From TPA_inf: Saccharomyces (taxonomy: Eukaryota), in NCBI GenBank assembly GCA_000146045.2, contig BK006934.2:320001-384000 (forward strand): DNA of 64,000 bases, given 5' to 3'. The translations under genes and the position numbers were made by a program. The notes beneath the pieces were generated by a model. It searched no databases. It saw only the letters and a program-made list of their open reading frames with translations, and was not told the DNA's origin. Shown here in pieces: positions 1-13,071 of the stretch (the first letter of the stretch is position 1; each line of letters starts with the position of its first letter).

Positions 1-413
1 GGCGCAGTTACCAAACCTCGCCATTTGTTTTTTCCGTTATTTTTTCTTCTTATAAACGCGCCTAGAAGAAAAAACCGTGCGAAGCGCAAATCCTGAGAAA
101 GCGCTAAGGAGGTTTCAACCAATGTTTACCACTTGAAATTTTAGCATTCTCATCACTGTAAGAGAGATAATTATCCTGTAAACATTCCAAAATACCTTTT
201 GTAACGCTGATTGTTGTATTTGTTACCCCAGAATTGCCATATATAGTGGAGAAGAAATCGAAAAGGTCATATACAGCAGAACCAAAAAAAATAATACATT
301 CGTTGATCCTTTACCGTTTTCAAGAGTGAAACGTGATCGTGTTTATACTTTTTCGACTCAAATTTGTCCTTATCTTTAGTTAATACGGTCTAACTTGCCA
401 CGCTACTCAAGAA

Positions 414-2972
414 ATGACCTCGATTCAGGAGCGAGGCACAAGCGCTCATCTGCATTCGCTTAAAGAAGGTGAGGCTAGTGATCGTTCCAGCGAGATGCTT
501 CCTAAACAAAGAAGTATCATAGGATCCCACGTGCAACGTCCACCGTCTCAAACAACTTTAGGAAGGTCAAGGGCTGGAAGCAATACAATGAATAAAGTTT
601 CAGGCTTAGATATTGCTCGAAGACCAAGTGAGAATTTATTATCAAACATGAACTGTAGCGACAACGGCAATGGGGGAAATATGCTAAATTCATTCGTTAA
701 CTCGGCTTTACCACCGCCAAAAGTCAACCCTGCTCAAACAAGACGTGAACGTCCCGCTTCAAATAGCTCAATAGGTACCAAGACTACCGAGGTATTTTCA
801 TCCACTTCTGCATCTTCCTCCTTGGGAGATACCAGCGATGAGGGAGAAGGCAGTGATGCCGACAAATCTAAAATAAATACTTTTCCCAGCATATTGATGG
901 AAAAGGCTACTCAAGGTAGAGGCGCTGATGGAAATGGAATGAGAAGCGCAAGCAATAATACCATTGTGGAAGCAACTACGGACGGTTCCAAAATGGCACT
1001 GCAAAAAAGCATGTCGTTTGATGATACAGCCGCAGAGAAAACTATGAATAAATCTAGACATTCTTACCAAGAACAGTTCTCCTCGAAGAAAAGCCAGTCA
1101 TCTTTACTGAACAGCAAGCAAAGATCACGTGCTAAATCGCAAACATGCTCGTCTACGGGTTATAACAACAGCAGCATTCTGAAAACGTTTGGCATAAGCT
1201 CCAAAATTTCTAATTCAAGTGATCGGATAGAGGCTTCGTCATTAGAATTTAACGTTCCATCTCAGAAACCTTTGAATTGCAAGCCATTAACTCCGTCTCA
1301 GAAATACAGACTTCGTAAAGAGCAATCGGAGATGAATTTAAGAAATACAATCAAAAGAAAAGAGAAATTTTATGATAGTCAAGAACAAATTCTTGAGTTA
1401 CAAGAGGGAGACGTTGATGATTCGTTGATTTGGAACGTTCCTATGGCATCATTATCTACTAATTCATTTCTAGCGTCTGCTAAGCCCGATGATATGAATA
1501 ACTTGGCTGGCAAGAATGACTTATCAGAATATACCGGAGGTTTGGTAAATGATAACTCTGAAATTTCTTATACAAAACAAAATCATAGGTACTCGAACAT
1601 CTCTTTTGCGAGTACAACATCAAACGCCTCATTATTGGACTTTAATGAGATGCCTACGTCTCCGATTCCAGGTTTGAACAAAGTAACTGATTTTCAGTTC
1701 ATTCAAGACACAACCAAGAGTCTAGCCTCTGTTTATTTGCATTCTTCCAATAGGCTTTCAAGATCTAAGCTGTCCGAAAGAACAAAGTCTTCCGATTTCT
1801 TGCCAATTGAACTAAAAGAAGCTCAAAATCAAGGCATGGAAGATTTGATACTTGTCTCGGAGAACAAACTAGATGTGGTCAGCCATTCAAGACCGAGTTG
1901 GTTACCACCCAAGGATCGCCAGGAAAAAAAGCTTCATGAAAGGCAAATTAACAAAAGCATGAGTGTTGCTTCCCTTGACCAACTAGGAAAAAATAAAGAC
2001 AGAGAAGAAAAGTTGATTAGAGATGAAACAAATAGGCAAAAATATGTGTTATTATTGGACAGAGATATAACTAGAAACTCCTCCTTACAAAGCCTAAGTA
2101 AAATGGTTTGGGACACTCCATTTAGTGACGAAACTAGGTCAACAATTTACAGCGAAATTTTACAGAGCAAGACTAGGTTTATTACCAAAAACTATATTCA
2201 ACCATTTCATGAGCTACAGGAGCTTTTAACAAAAATGGGAGACTTTCCTAAAAACAAGGAAATTGAAATATCGCAGCTAATCGAAACAAGTTTGAGGCGA
2301 AAAGTGAGCGGTTTACATGATATATGTCCTGATTTGATGCTTTTATTGAAGATAAAATCTATCTCATCACAGGGTATAGTCACCGGTGATGAACTCCTTT
2401 TCCATCATTTCTTGGTGAGTGAATCATTTCAGAACCTGGGGCTAAACGAGATTTGGAATATTGTTAATTTAGTACAAATGACGTGTTTTAATGATCTTTG
2501 TAAAGAAAAGTTCGATGCAAAGGTTTTAGAACGTAAGGGTGTCGTAGCCGGTTATTTATCGCAAAACGAGGAGTTCAAGGATGAATTTAATACGGAGTGT
2601 ATAAACTCTACCACCTGGTGGAACATCCTAGAACGTATTGATCATAAGCTTTTTATGTGGATCATGGATATTATAGTAGTCAACAATTCCCAGAGCTACA
2701 AAAATAGCCCAATCAACGAAGATGAGTTTGTTAACAAGGATTGGGAATATTACCGCTCGAAGAAAGTGGTAATAAACTACAAGATCTTGATTTCATTTGC
2801 ATTAAATGTATTGTTAAATTACCACTTTGGATTCACTGATTTAAGAAGTCTTTGTAACGTGAATGACCAGAGATTTTGCATTCCAGTATTCATCAATGAT
2901 GAATTCGTAGACGCAGATACTGTAAATGCCGTGTTCATCAAGAAATGGGCGCATTACTACAAGAAGTTTTGA
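414..2972 (+). CDS. SBE22: Sbe22-like protein (Golgi/bud growth; paralog of Sbe2), 852 aa
   Basis: Full ORF in track. Ser/Asn-rich N-terminal half, conserved C-terminal half. It lies immediately upstream of GRE3, as YHR103W does on chrVIII, and the 852 aa length matches. Name assigned by synteny and length recall. Confidence 0.75.
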
Positions 2973-3265
2973 TATTTTTTGTAACTGTAATTTCACTCAT
3001 GCACAAGAAAAAAAAAACTGGATTAAAAGGGAGCCCAAGGAAAACTCCTCAGCATATATTTAGAAGTCTCCTCAGCATATAGTTGTTTGTTTTCTTTACA
3101 CATTCACTGTTTAATAAAACTTTTATAATATTTCATTATCGGAACTCTAGATTCTATACTTGTTTCCCAATTGTTGCTGGTAGTAAACGTATACGTCATA
3201 AAAGGGAAAAGCCACATGCGGAAGAATTTTATGGAAAAAAAAAAAACCTCGAAGTTACTACTTCT

Positions 3266-3271
3266 AGGGGG
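3266..3271 (+). promoter_or_regulatory. STRE (AGGGG) upstream of GRE3
   Basis: AGGGGG lies about 140 bp upstream of the GRE3 ATG. GRE3 is an Msn2/4 stress-induced gene. This is a single short motif, so it is weak on its own. Confidence 0.3.
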
Positions 3272-3408
3272 CCTATCAAGTAAATTACTCCTGGTACACT
3301 GAAGTATATAAGGGATATAGAAGCAAATAGTTGTCAGTGCAATCCTTCAAGACGATTGGGAAAATACTGTAATATAAATCGTAAAGGAAAATTGGAAATT
3401 TTTTAAAG

Positions 3409-4392
3409 ATGTCTTCACTGGTTACTCTTAATAACGGTCTGAAAATGCCCCTAGTCGGCTTAGGGTGCTGGAAAATTGACAAAAAAGTCTGTGCGAATCA
3501 AATTTATGAAGCTATCAAATTAGGCTACCGTTTATTCGATGGTGCTTGCGACTACGGCAACGAAAAGGAAGTTGGTGAAGGTATCAGGAAAGCCATCTCC
3601 GAAGGTCTTGTTTCTAGAAAGGATATATTTGTTGTTTCAAAGTTATGGAACAATTTTCACCATCCTGATCATGTAAAATTAGCTTTAAAGAAGACCTTAA
3701 GCGATATGGGACTTGATTATTTAGACCTGTATTATATTCACTTCCCAATCGCCTTCAAATATGTTCCATTTGAAGAGAAATACCCTCCAGGATTCTATAC
3801 GGGCGCAGATGACGAGAAGAAAGGTCACATCACCGAAGCACATGTACCAATCATAGATACGTACCGGGCTCTGGAAGAATGTGTTGATGAAGGCTTGATT
3901 AAGTCTATTGGTGTTTCCAACTTTCAGGGAAGCTTGATTCAAGATTTATTACGTGGTTGTAGAATCAAGCCCGTGGCTTTGCAAATTGAACACCATCCTT
4001 ATTTGACTCAAGAACACCTAGTTGAGTTTTGTAAATTACACGATATCCAAGTAGTTGCTTACTCCTCCTTCGGTCCTCAATCATTCATTGAGATGGACTT
4101 ACAGTTGGCAAAAACCACGCCAACTCTGTTCGAGAATGATGTAATCAAGAAGGTCTCACAAAACCATCCAGGCAGTACCACTTCCCAAGTATTGCTTAGA
4201 TGGGCAACTCAGAGAGGCATTGCCGTCATTCCAAAATCTTCCAAGAAGGAAAGGTTACTTGGCAACCTAGAAATCGAAAAAAAGTTCACTTTAACGGAGC
4301 AAGAATTGAAGGATATTTCTGCACTAAATGCCAACATCAGATTTAATGATCCATGGACCTGGTTGGATGGTAAATTCCCCACTTTTGCCTGA
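3409..4392 (+). CDS. GRE3: NADPH-dependent aldose reductase (aldo-keto reductase family), 327 aa
   Basis: N-terminus [22 protein letters not shown] and the AKR motifs ([22 protein letters not shown]) are recognisable as yeast Gre3. Confidence 0.93.
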   Translation: MSSLVTLNNGLKMPLVGLGCWKIDKKVCANQIYEAIKLGYRLFDGACDYGNEKEVGEGIRKAISEGLVSRKDIFVVSKLWNNFHHPDHVKLALKKTLSDMGLDYLDLYYIHFPIAFKYVPFEEKYPPGFYTGADDEKKGHITEAHVPIIDTYRALEECVDEGLIKSIGVSNFQGSLIQDLLRGCRIKPVALQIEHHPYLTQEHLVEFCKLHDIQVVAYSSFGPQSFIEMDLQLAKTTPTLFENDVIKKVSQNHPGSTTSQVLLRWATQRGIAVIPKSSKKERLLGNLEIEKKFTLTEQELKDISALNANIRFNDPWTWLDGKFPTFA

Positions 4393-4765
4393 TCCAGCCA
4401 GTAAAATCCATACTCAACGACGATATGAACAAATTTCCCTCATTCCGATGCTGTATATGTGTATAAATTTTTACATGCTCTTCTGTTTAGACACAGAACA
4501 GCTTTAAATAAAATGTTGGATATACTTTTTCTGCCTGTGGTGTCATCCACGCTTTTAATTCATCTCTTGTATGGTTGACAATTTGGCTATTTTTTAACAG
4601 AACCCAACGGTAATTGAAATTAAAAGGGAAACGAGTGGGGGCGATGAGTGAGTGATACTAAAATAGACACCAAGAGAGCAAAGCGGTCCCAAAATCATTT
4701 GAGTAACCGGATATCTATCGGGATATTAATAGCAGCTTCCATTTCAACTAAAACAACAGCAAGAT

Positions 4766-5410
4766 ATGAGCGACAAGATATCCTTTCTACCTCCCGAACC
4801 CATCCAACTACTTGACGAAGACTCCACGGAGCCTGAACTCGACATTGACTCACAACAAGAAAATGAGGGACCCATCAGTGCGTCAAACAGCAATGATAGC
4901 ACTAGCCATAGTAATGATTGCGGTGCCACAATTACCAGAACAAGACCTAGACGAAGCAGTTCTATCAATGCAAACTTTAGTTTTCAAAAGGCTCATGTCA
5001 GCGATTGCACCATAGTCAATGGCGACCATGGAACAAAGTTTGCTGTCTGGAGAATTACCGTATTTCTTGAACCCAACTTGAAGGCTTTTGCGGCCAAGAG
5101 GGAAAGCTATAAAATCCAAACCTATAAACGATACTCCGATTTCGTCAGATTACGAGAGAATTTGCTCACAAGAATCAAGACAGCGAAACCTGAGAAACTT
5201 AACTGTTTGCAGATTCCACACCTTCCCCCTTCAGTGCAGTGGTACAGTTCTTGGAAATATCAAGAAGTGAATCTGAACAAGGACTGGCTGGCAAAAAGAC
5301 AGAGAGGGCTCGAGTACTTCCTCAATCACATCATCCTTAACAGCAGCCTCGTAGAAATGACCAAAGATATACTCATACAGTTTCTAGAGCCTTCAAAACG
5401 AGTTGCATAG
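4766..5410 (+). CDS. YPT35: PX-domain endosomal protein, 214 aa
   Basis: PX-domain signature ([12 protein letters not shown] ... [10 protein letters not shown]), 214 aa, in the YHR105W position. Confidence 0.85.
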
Positions 5411-5597
5411 CTCACCATCCCTATCCAACCGACTATTCTTCTCATCGACTACTACTATCCCATTTAACTCGGGCGCGTTGTTAATTAATCACTCGATGGG
5501 GAATGCCTTGAGCTGACCGCAATGAAAACTTTTAGGGGATCGTCCAACATTAAAGGAAGAACGAAACGGACTCCACAGTTTCTAATATAAATAAACA

Positions 5598-6626
5598 ATG
5601 ATAAAACATATAGTTTCGCCATTCAGGACGAATTTTGTTGGCATCAGCAAGTCCGTGCTGTCAAGGATGATTCATCACAAGGTTACAATCATAGGTTCTG
5701 GCCCCGCTGCCCACACCGCTGCTATATACTTGGCAAGAGCAGAGATGAAGCCCACATTATATGAGGGAATGATGGCCAACGGAATTGCTGCTGGTGGCCA
5801 ATTGACAACAACCACCGATATCGAAAATTTCCCAGGGTTTCCTGAATCGTTGAGTGGCAGTGAACTGATGGAGAGGATGAGGAAACAATCTGCCAAGTTT
5901 GGCACTAACATAATTACCGAGACTGTCTCTAAAGTCGATTTATCTTCAAAACCATTCAGATTATGGACCGAATTTAATGAGGATGCAGAGCCTGTGACCA
6001 CTGATGCTATAATCTTGGCCACGGGTGCTTCCGCTAAGAGAATGCATTTACCAGGGGAGGAAACCTACTGGCAGCAGGGAATATCTGCCTGTGCTGTATG
6101 TGATGGTGCAGTCCCTATCTTTAGAAACAAGCCATTGGCCGTTATTGGTGGTGGTGACTCTGCGTGTGAGGAAGCGGAATTTCTTACGAAGTATGCGTCG
6201 AAAGTATATATATTAGTAAGAAAGGATCATTTTCGTGCATCTGTAATAATGCAGAGACGAATTGAGAAAAATCCAAACATCATTGTTTTGTTCAACACAG
6301 TTGCATTAGAAGCTAAGGGTGATGGTAAGTTATTGAATATGTTGAGAATTAAGAATACTAAAAGTAATGTGGAGAACGATTTAGAAGTAAATGGACTATT
6401 TTACGCAATAGGTCACAGCCCTGCCACAGATATAGTTAAAGGACAAGTAGATGAAGAAGAGACGGGGTATATAAAAACTGTGCCTGGATCGTCTCTGACT
6501 TCTGTGCCAGGTTTTTTTGCTGCAGGTGACGTTCAGGACTCTAGGTATAGACAAGCAGTTACTTCTGCTGGTTCCGGATGCATTGCTGCTTTGGATGCAG
6601 AACGGTACCTAAGTGCCCAAGAGTAA
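5598..6626 (+). CDS. TRR2: Mitochondrial thioredoxin reductase, 342 aa
   Basis: FAD/NADPH Rossmann motifs ([22 protein letters not shown]) and the redox-active CAVCD. The N-terminal extension is consistent with a mitochondrial presequence. Confidence 0.9.
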
Positions 6627-6812
6627 CGTGAAAAAACCGGTTTATTTTTGTTTTTACTGTTCGATTGTGTTACGTATTCTATGTTTTTTGAGATATATTT
6701 GAAATATTTTTATAAGATACATATATATATGTGCGTATTGCTGCGACAAAAGAAGAGACAAAGAGATAGGCGTTGAAATTGACGAGACAAAGAGGAAGAC
6801 ATTAATTAATCA

Positions 6813-8036
6813 TCATTTTAAATGGGATTTTTTTACTTGCAAGCTTTTGACCTGCTCTTCTAGTTTTTTTACCTTTCCTTGAATTTCTTCCAAGTCACCG
6901 TTCAGTCTGATTCTTTCGTTAACAATGTTTTGCTCCCATTGTCTAAATCTTTGCTCCTCAGCTTTGACTTGGTCAGTGAAATACTTCTTCAATGCATTTT
7001 CTTCTTCTTTGTATCTAGGATTGTGTGACAATTTCCTTGCTGGTGCAATTGCTGGAAGAGTGAAATCTTCATTCCCCTCCCCGGTGTTCTCGTGACCCTC
7101 AAGTCTTAATCTTCTGTATGTTTCGTAATGCATTTCTTGGGTGGTAGAAATCAAATCTAATAGATAAGTCCTCAGTAACAGGGCTCTGAGCTTACGGAAA
7201 TCACAATGAGAATCGTTTTCGATTTCCACAAGTCCCCAAGGATACTTCCTTGCAACTACCTGAGTGCCTTGCCCATTGTCAAATTTTTTTTCAGACCCTA
7301 CTATGGCAAATGGCATTGCTTCTATCAACTGTCTTGCATGTTCAACAGCGGCAGAATCTGGATTACTGCCACTTTTGGCATCTTCCTTAGAATCAGCGTC
7401 TAATGGAGGCGTGAAAATACGAATTTCTTGAGCTTCTATTACTTGCCTGATTCTGGACTTGAACTGTTGTAATTCTTGGGCAGTCAATGTATCAGCTTTC
7501 GCAATAACTGGAATCAGATTGGCTCTGGTTGACAATCTCTTCATAGTCTCAATGTCAATTGGCTTTAAACCATGTCCAGTGGGCCTGATGAAGTACAGAA
7601 CGGCATGAACTCTCAAGTCAAATTTCTTAGTACGGTACGGTTGCTGCTCTTGACGCATATAAGAATCGTGTTGATCATCAATAAAATCCACCAATGGTTG
7701 CCAGGCTTTGTTGTTATTCACGTTATCTCCAAAACCTGGGGTGTCGATGACATTAACGCGTAATTCGAAATGCTTCTCTTCCAGCAAAGCTCTTGTGATG
7801 TCGATTTCTACAGTCTTTCTGATGGGTTCTTGGCGGTGTTGCTGACCATCTGCCCTTTTCAAGACAGTCTGAAATAAGGTATTAATAAATGTAGTTTTAC
7901 CCAATCCGCTCTCACCACATAACATCACGGTGAATGTACCACCTTCTTCATTAACAATTTTATAACGCTGGTTGGGAAGATTGGATATCCCTACAGGAGG
8001 AGGAACAGGGGCAGCAGTCGCAGTGGCAGCACTCAT
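6813..8036 (-). CDS. CDC12: Septin, 407 aa
   Basis: Septin GTPase P-loop (GESGLGKTTFINTLF), G4 motif (AKAD) and C-terminal coiled coil. The first-ATG ORF is 411 aa, but Cdc12 starts MSAATATAAPVPPP, so the start is set at the internal Met. Confidence 0.9.
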   Translation of the reverse strand: MSAATATAAPVPPPVGISNLPNQRYKIVNEEGGTFTVMLCGESGLGKTTFINTLFQTVLKRADGQQHRQEPIRKTVEIDITRALLEEKHFELRVNVIDTPGFGDNVNNNKAWQPLVDFIDDQHDSYMRQEQQPYRTKKFDLRVHAVLYFIRPTGHGLKPIDIETMKRLSTRANLIPVIAKADTLTAQELQQFKSRIRQVIEAQEIRIFTPPLDADSKEDAKSGSNPDSAAVEHARQLIEAMPFAIVGSEKKFDNGQGTQVVARKYPWGLVEIENDSHCDFRKLRALLLRTYLLDLISTTQEMHYETYRRLRLEGHENTGEGNEDFTLPAIAPARKLSHNPRYKEEENALKKYFTDQVKAEEQRFRQWEQNIVNERIRLNGDLEEIQGKVKKLEEQVKSLQVKKSHLK

Positions 8037-8302
8037 TATTTGATACAATATGTGATGTAGTTCGTTATCAATACTCTTCAGGTCAAGATCCTATATCTTG
8101 CTGCACCTTTCAAGACTTTGATCTACTCAAAACAAACAATGGTGATTTCGAAAAAAATTTCGGATTCTTCACTTTTCCAGCGCCCTGTTTTTTTTCTGTA
8201 ATCACGATTGCAAAAAAAAGAGACTTACCATAGGACAATTTCCATAAACAAAACAAAGAGCAACATAACTCATAGCTGAATTGCTAATCGTGATACTGCA
8301 TC

Positions 8303-10060
8303 ATGTCCCATCCGCACTCACATAGCATATATTTGTCTGAGTTGCCCGTCAGGAAACCTCAAGCCTTGGGCAATCCTCTTTTGAGGAAGATTCAAAGAGC
8401 TTGCAGAATGTCACTTGCTGAACCAGACTTGGCGTTGAATCTTGACATTGCTGACTACATTAATGAAAAACAGGGCGCTGCCCCTAGGGATGCTGCCATT
8501 GCACTTGCTAAACTGATCAACAATAGAGAATCGCACGTGGCAATATTCGCGTTATCTCTATTAGACGTGCTTGTCAAGAATTGTGGATACCCATTCCACT
8601 TGCAAATTTCTAGAAAGGAATTTTTGAATGAACTGGTCAAGAGATTTCCAGGTCACCCACCATTACGTTATTCTAAGATTCAGAGATTGATTTTAACTGC
8701 TATTGAAGAATGGTATCAAACAATTTGTAAACACTCAAGCTACAAGAATGATATGGGTTATATTAGAGACATGCACCGTTTGTTGAAATATAAGGGTTAT
8801 GCATTCCCCAAAATCAGTGAATCCGACCTAGCAGTTTTGAAGCCTAGTAATCAATTGAAGACCGCTAGTGAAATTCAAAAGGAGCAGGAAATTGCTCAAG
8901 CTGCAAAACTCGAAGAATTGATCAGGCGTGGTAAACCTGAAGATTTGAGGGAAGCTAACAAATTAATGAAAATCATGGCAGGGTTCAAAGAAGACAATGC
9001 CGTTCAAGCTAAACAGGCTATTTCCAGTGAATTGAACAAATTGAAGCGTAAAGCCGATTTGCTGAATGAAATGCTGGAATCACCTGACTCACAAAACTGG
9101 GATAACGAAACTACACAAGAACTTCACAGTGCATTAAAGGTAGCTCAACCAAAATTTCAAAAGATCATTGAGGAAGAACAGGAAGACGATGCGTTAGTGC
9201 AGGATCTATTGAAGTTTAATGATACAGTTAATCAACTATTGGAAAAATTCAACTTATTGAAAAACGGTGACTCCAACGCTGCTTCGCAGATACATCCAAG
9301 TCATGTTTCTGCTCCGTTACAACAATCTTCTGGTGCTTTAACGAATGAAATCAACTTAATCGATTTCAATGATTTGGACGAAGCGCCCTCTCAAGGCAAC
9401 AACAATACCAACGGCACGGGTACACCAGCAGCAGCGGAAACATCTGTCAATGACTTATTGGGCGATTTGACCGATTTATCTATTTCGAACCCTTCAACCG
9501 CTAACCAAGCATCCTTTGGTCTGGGAGGCGATATCGTGTTGGGGTCCTCTCAACCCGCACCACCAGTTACTACTACTAACAACTCGAACAACACTTTAGA
9601 TCTTTTGGGACTTTCAACTCCTCAATCGCCAACTAATTCCCAAGCAGTAAACAGTAGTGGGTTCGATCTTTTGATGGGATTTAATCCAACAACAGGTACT
9701 ACTACTGCGCCCGCAAGAACCCTAGTCAATCAGTCTCCTAACTTGAAGATTGAGTTCGAAATATCTAGGGAGTCAAACTCAGTTATAAGGATAAAATCGT
9801 TCTTTACAAACTTAAGTTCGTCACCGATCTCCAACTTAGTGTTCTTATTAGCAGTCCCTAAGTCAATGTCTTTGAAATTGCAACCCCAATCGAGTAACTT
9901 TATGATTGGCAACGCTAAAGATGGTATCTCTCAAGAAGGTACAATTGAAAATGCGCCAGCTAACCCTTCAAAGGCTTTGAAAGTCAAGTGGAAGGTCAAC
10001 TATTCTGTCAACTCCACCCAAGCTGAAGAAACTGCTGTTTTTACGTTACCTAATGTATAA
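8303..10060 (+). CDS. GGA2: Golgi-localised gamma-adaptin-ear Arf-binding protein (VHS-GAT-GAE), 585 aa
   Basis: VHS domain at the N-terminus, a GAT coiled region, an unstructured hinge and a C-terminal ear. Length and position match YHR108W. Confidence 0.88.
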   Translation: MSHPHSHSIYLSELPVRKPQALGNPLLRKIQRACRMSLAEPDLALNLDIADYINEKQGAAPRDAAIALAKLINNRESHVAIFALSLLDVLVKNCGYPFHLQISRKEFLNELVKRFPGHPPLRYSKIQRLILTAIEEWYQTICKHSSYKNDMGYIRDMHRLLKYKGYAFPKISESDLAVLKPSNQLKTASEIQKEQEIAQAAKLEELIRRGKPEDLREANKLMKIMAGFKEDNAVQAKQAISSELNKLKRKADLLNEMLESPDSQNWDNETTQELHSALKVAQPKFQKIIEEEQEDDALVQDLLKFNDTVNQLLEKFNLLKNGDSNAASQIHPSHVSAPLQQSSGALTNEINLIDFNDLDEAPSQGNNNTNGTGTPAAAETSVNDLLGDLTDLSISNPSTANQASFGLGGDIVLGSSQPAPPVTTTNNSNNTLDLLGLSTPQSPTNSQAVNSSGFDLLMGFNPTTGTTTAPARTLVNQSPNLKIEFEISRESNSVIRIKSFFTNLSSSPISNLVFLLAVPKSMSLKLQPQSSNFMIGNAKDGISQEGTIENAPANPSKALKVKWKVNYSVNSTQAEETAVFTLPNV

Positions 10061-10309
10061 TCCTCTGGCGTTTCTTATCAATCCTTTCTCTTCTCTATGT
10101 ATATTTTTAGAAGGATAATACCTCTATGTAGACAATCTTATAAAGATCTTCGCAACAATACATATTTCACTTACTAATATATGTTGCGTTTTCATGCATC
10201 AAAAGTAGTTAGCAATGCTAGATCGTGTAAAGGAAAAAAAAGAGAAATAGTATAATTCGCCATCCTCATAACCACTGAAAAATCGAAGTTAACCAAAAGG
10301 AAAGTTGAA

Positions 10310-12067
10310 ATGGAGGAAGTGTTCCGTTTTTACTCGAACTCTAGAAATATCTTCATTCATAAAAGCCTTTCATTAAAACCATCCACCATTGATGACCCCA
10401 AAAGTGGATATGGCCTTTTCGTAGAACCTTCGAAGTTCAAGAATGATGAATTGAAAAGTGAAACTATCCAATTGCTCCGAATCCCTAAGCGCTGCACGTT
10501 TAATATAAACACACTTCTGGCTCTCTTGGGAGATGAGGACGAATTTTCTTCAAAGGAAGAATTTCAAAGAACTAATGACAAAATTAAGATTGCTCTTCGT
10601 GAAATAATGGCTCATCCGAATTTCAGTGTGTTCCTGACAGAAACAAATTTACTCATAATTTATTTCATGATATTTCAAACTATTCGTAGTCGTTATGAGA
10701 TTCCCGAAAATATCCAATATTATTTAGAAAATGTTTTAATGAGCATTGAAGTAGAAACAGCCATGGATTCTATTGAAAACTTAGCTACTGATTATGGACA
10801 TTATCCACAGATTTTTGGCCTTCGAGAGACGCTAAATTTATTTAAAGAACTGTTTCACGACGTCTTGAATTTAAGTGATATCAAACATCTTTATTCTGCA
10901 ATAATTTCACGTTGTTTAGAGATACCAGAAAGGGCCGATACCAAAAGTGAAGAATTCACGGTCCATTCTACTTTAGTCCCTATTGTAGATTTTGCCAACC
11001 ATGAAGGCACCCAAAAAAATGCTTATTTTGACATCGACCCTTCAAATAATGACGTTTTACTTCTATTGGATACAAAAGCGGTCCAAAGTGAACTCACAAA
11101 ACCTATTGAAGTTTTCATTAGTTACTCACCAACAGAGGATTTATTTTCCATGCTTGTAACATATGGATTCACCCCAGATTTTAGAGGGAATTCCCAATTT
11201 TGGACTGTATCCTTTGACAGGTGCTTTTTAAGAAACTATGATGGACCAGATAAAACTACAAATTTAAGATTGTTTTACAAATGGATGCACATAAATCCAG
11301 TGGTACCACTAGTTAAATACGAGCACAACGGAAAGACTCGCTGGTTTCTCAATGACACCACGCCTGAATTTGATATGCTTTTGCTCCCATTCATTCCATC
11401 GATAGATGATGGCAAAATTGCTCGGTGGGCGTACGATTCCACATGTCATTTGATGTTCACGAAAATCCATTGTCTGATAAATCCCGAGGCCAACGAACAT
11501 GCGTTAATGATTGCAGAAAACTACCGCTCTCTCATTAAAGAGAAAGAGTCAAATGGTGACGATTTCATAAATTTACCGCCACTAGCTTGGTCATTGCGTT
11601 ACAAAGATACAGAAAACGATTGTGTACGGCAAAGACATATATGCAGTGAAGATGCGGTCGCTGTACTTAAACAAGAAGAAATGCAAGACTCAACCAAAAC
11701 CAAATCCCAGTTTACCAGTTTCTTTCGTAAATTTTTAGAGTTTCGTAGATCCAAAATTATTAGGCCTACCAGTGATTCAAAAGTTGCAAGCATATTATAC
11801 CAGCAGGAACTGGAAATAATTGCTGACTTAGCAAAAGCTATCGATAGCAGCTCTACCATTTTTTTCAGCGATCTGAATGTTACATTGGACACCGAACCAG
11901 AACGGCTCCCCCCTCTAAGGTTTTTAGATGATTACATAGAGATCTCTGCGGATAAGCAGGAGCCAAGCCCAATTTGTGAGGATCTTTCTTATTATACACC
12001 CAGCAGGTTTACTGATTTTTTTCAAGAAGAGGTAAGCCAATATGCGGCTTTCTTTCAGGATGACTAG
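10310..12067 (+). CDS. CTM1: Cytochrome c lysine N-methyltransferase, 585 aa
   Basis: 585 aa ORF in the YHR109W position. Identity is by synteny and length recall; I cannot verify a SET-like fold from sequence alone. Confidence 0.75.
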   Translation: MEEVFRFYSNSRNIFIHKSLSLKPSTIDDPKSGYGLFVEPSKFKNDELKSETIQLLRIPKRCTFNINTLLALLGDEDEFSSKEEFQRTNDKIKIALREIMAHPNFSVFLTETNLLIIYFMIFQTIRSRYEIPENIQYYLENVLMSIEVETAMDSIENLATDYGHYPQIFGLRETLNLFKELFHDVLNLSDIKHLYSAIISRCLEIPERADTKSEEFTVHSTLVPIVDFANHEGTQKNAYFDIDPSNNDVLLLLDTKAVQSELTKPIEVFISYSPTEDLFSMLVTYGFTPDFRGNSQFWTVSFDRCFLRNYDGPDKTTNLRLFYKWMHINPVVPLVKYEHNGKTRWFLNDTTPEFDMLLLPFIPSIDDGKIARWAYDSTCHLMFTKIHCLINPEANEHALMIAENYRSLIKEKESNGDDFINLPPLAWSLRYKDTENDCVRQRHICSEDAVAVLKQEEMQDSTKTKSQFTSFFRKFLEFRRSKIIRPTSDSKVASILYQQELEIIADLAKAIDSSSTIFFSDLNVTLDTEPERLPPLRFLDDYIEISADKQEPSPICEDLSYYTPSRFTDFFQEEVSQYAAFFQDD

Positions 12068-12281
12068 ATGAGTACCACTTACGATCTTGTATATAAATGT
12101 TTTTAGTTGTCCTTTCTTCTACATTAAAAGCATCACAAAGAACAATCTGACGCGTTTTTCCACTGTCTCTTTCTCGCGTTTTATTCTTTTCCGTTTGAGA
12201 CAAAAAAAGAGGAGCTTTGTAGTGTAATACTACTAGTTACTTAAGGGAACACATCAAGCATTCGGTGTCTCACAGGCTACT

Positions 12282-12920
12282 ATGAAATATAATATAGTGC
12301 ATGGAATTTGCCTATTATTTGCTATTACCCAAGCTGTAGGGGCTGTCCATTTTTATGCGAAGTCCGGGGAAACCAAATGCTTCTATGAACACTTATCCCG
12401 GGGAAACCTACTGATTGGGGATTTAGACCTATATGTAGAAAAGGATGGTCTGTTTGAAGAGGACCCTGAATCCAGTCTGACAATAACTGTCGATGAAACA
12501 TTCGATAACGACCATCGTGTCCTAAATCAAAAAAACTCACACACAGGTGATGTTACTTTTACAGCTTTAGACACAGGTGAACATAGATTTTGCTTCACTC
12601 CATTCTACAGCAAGAAATCAGCCACACTAAGAGTATTCATCGAACTAGAAATTGGCAATGTTGAAGCGCTTGACAGCAAGAAAAAAGAAGATATGAATTC
12701 ACTTAAGGGGAGGGTAGGCCAGTTGACTCAAAGGCTATCTTCTATTCGTAAGGAGCAAGACGCTATCAGAGAAAAAGAGGCAGAATTCAGAAATCAAAGT
12801 GAATCAGCTAACAGCAAGATAATGACGTGGTCTGTGTTCCAACTTCTCATATTGCTGGGCACCTGTGCCTTCCAGCTACGCTATCTCAAGAATTTCTTTG
12901 TCAAACAGAAGGTAGTATAA
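12282..12920 (+). CDS. ERP5: p24/GOLD-domain cargo receptor family member, 212 aa
   Basis: Signal peptide, GOLD-like luminal domain, coiled coil, one C-terminal TM and a short cytosolic tail (FFVKQKVV). These are the p24 family hallmarks, in the YHR110W position. Confidence 0.85.
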   Translation: MKYNIVHGICLLFAITQAVGAVHFYAKSGETKCFYEHLSRGNLLIGDLDLYVEKDGLFEEDPESSLTITVDETFDNDHRVLNQKNSHTGDVTFTALDTGEHRFCFTPFYSKKSATLRVFIELEIGNVEALDSKKKEDMNSLKGRVGQLTQRLSSIRKEQDAIREKEAEFRNQSESANSKIMTWSVFQLLILLGTCAFQLRYLKNFFVKQKVV

Positions 12921-13071
12921 TATACCATGTTTGTTATATAGAGTTTATATATCGCTCATTACGAATCGGTGCAATGAGCTCTTCGATATGAAATATTCCT
13001 TAGCTTAGTAATAAGAGTGACTTAAGCTGATGCCGTTGACTGCAAAAGGAAGTAAATAGAAGTCAATAACA

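Noticed and set aside
5675-6022. 115-aa antisense ORF inside TRR2
   Set aside because: It is fully embedded antisense to a strongly conserved enzyme CDS. This is a typical chance open frame on the opposite strand of a coding region.
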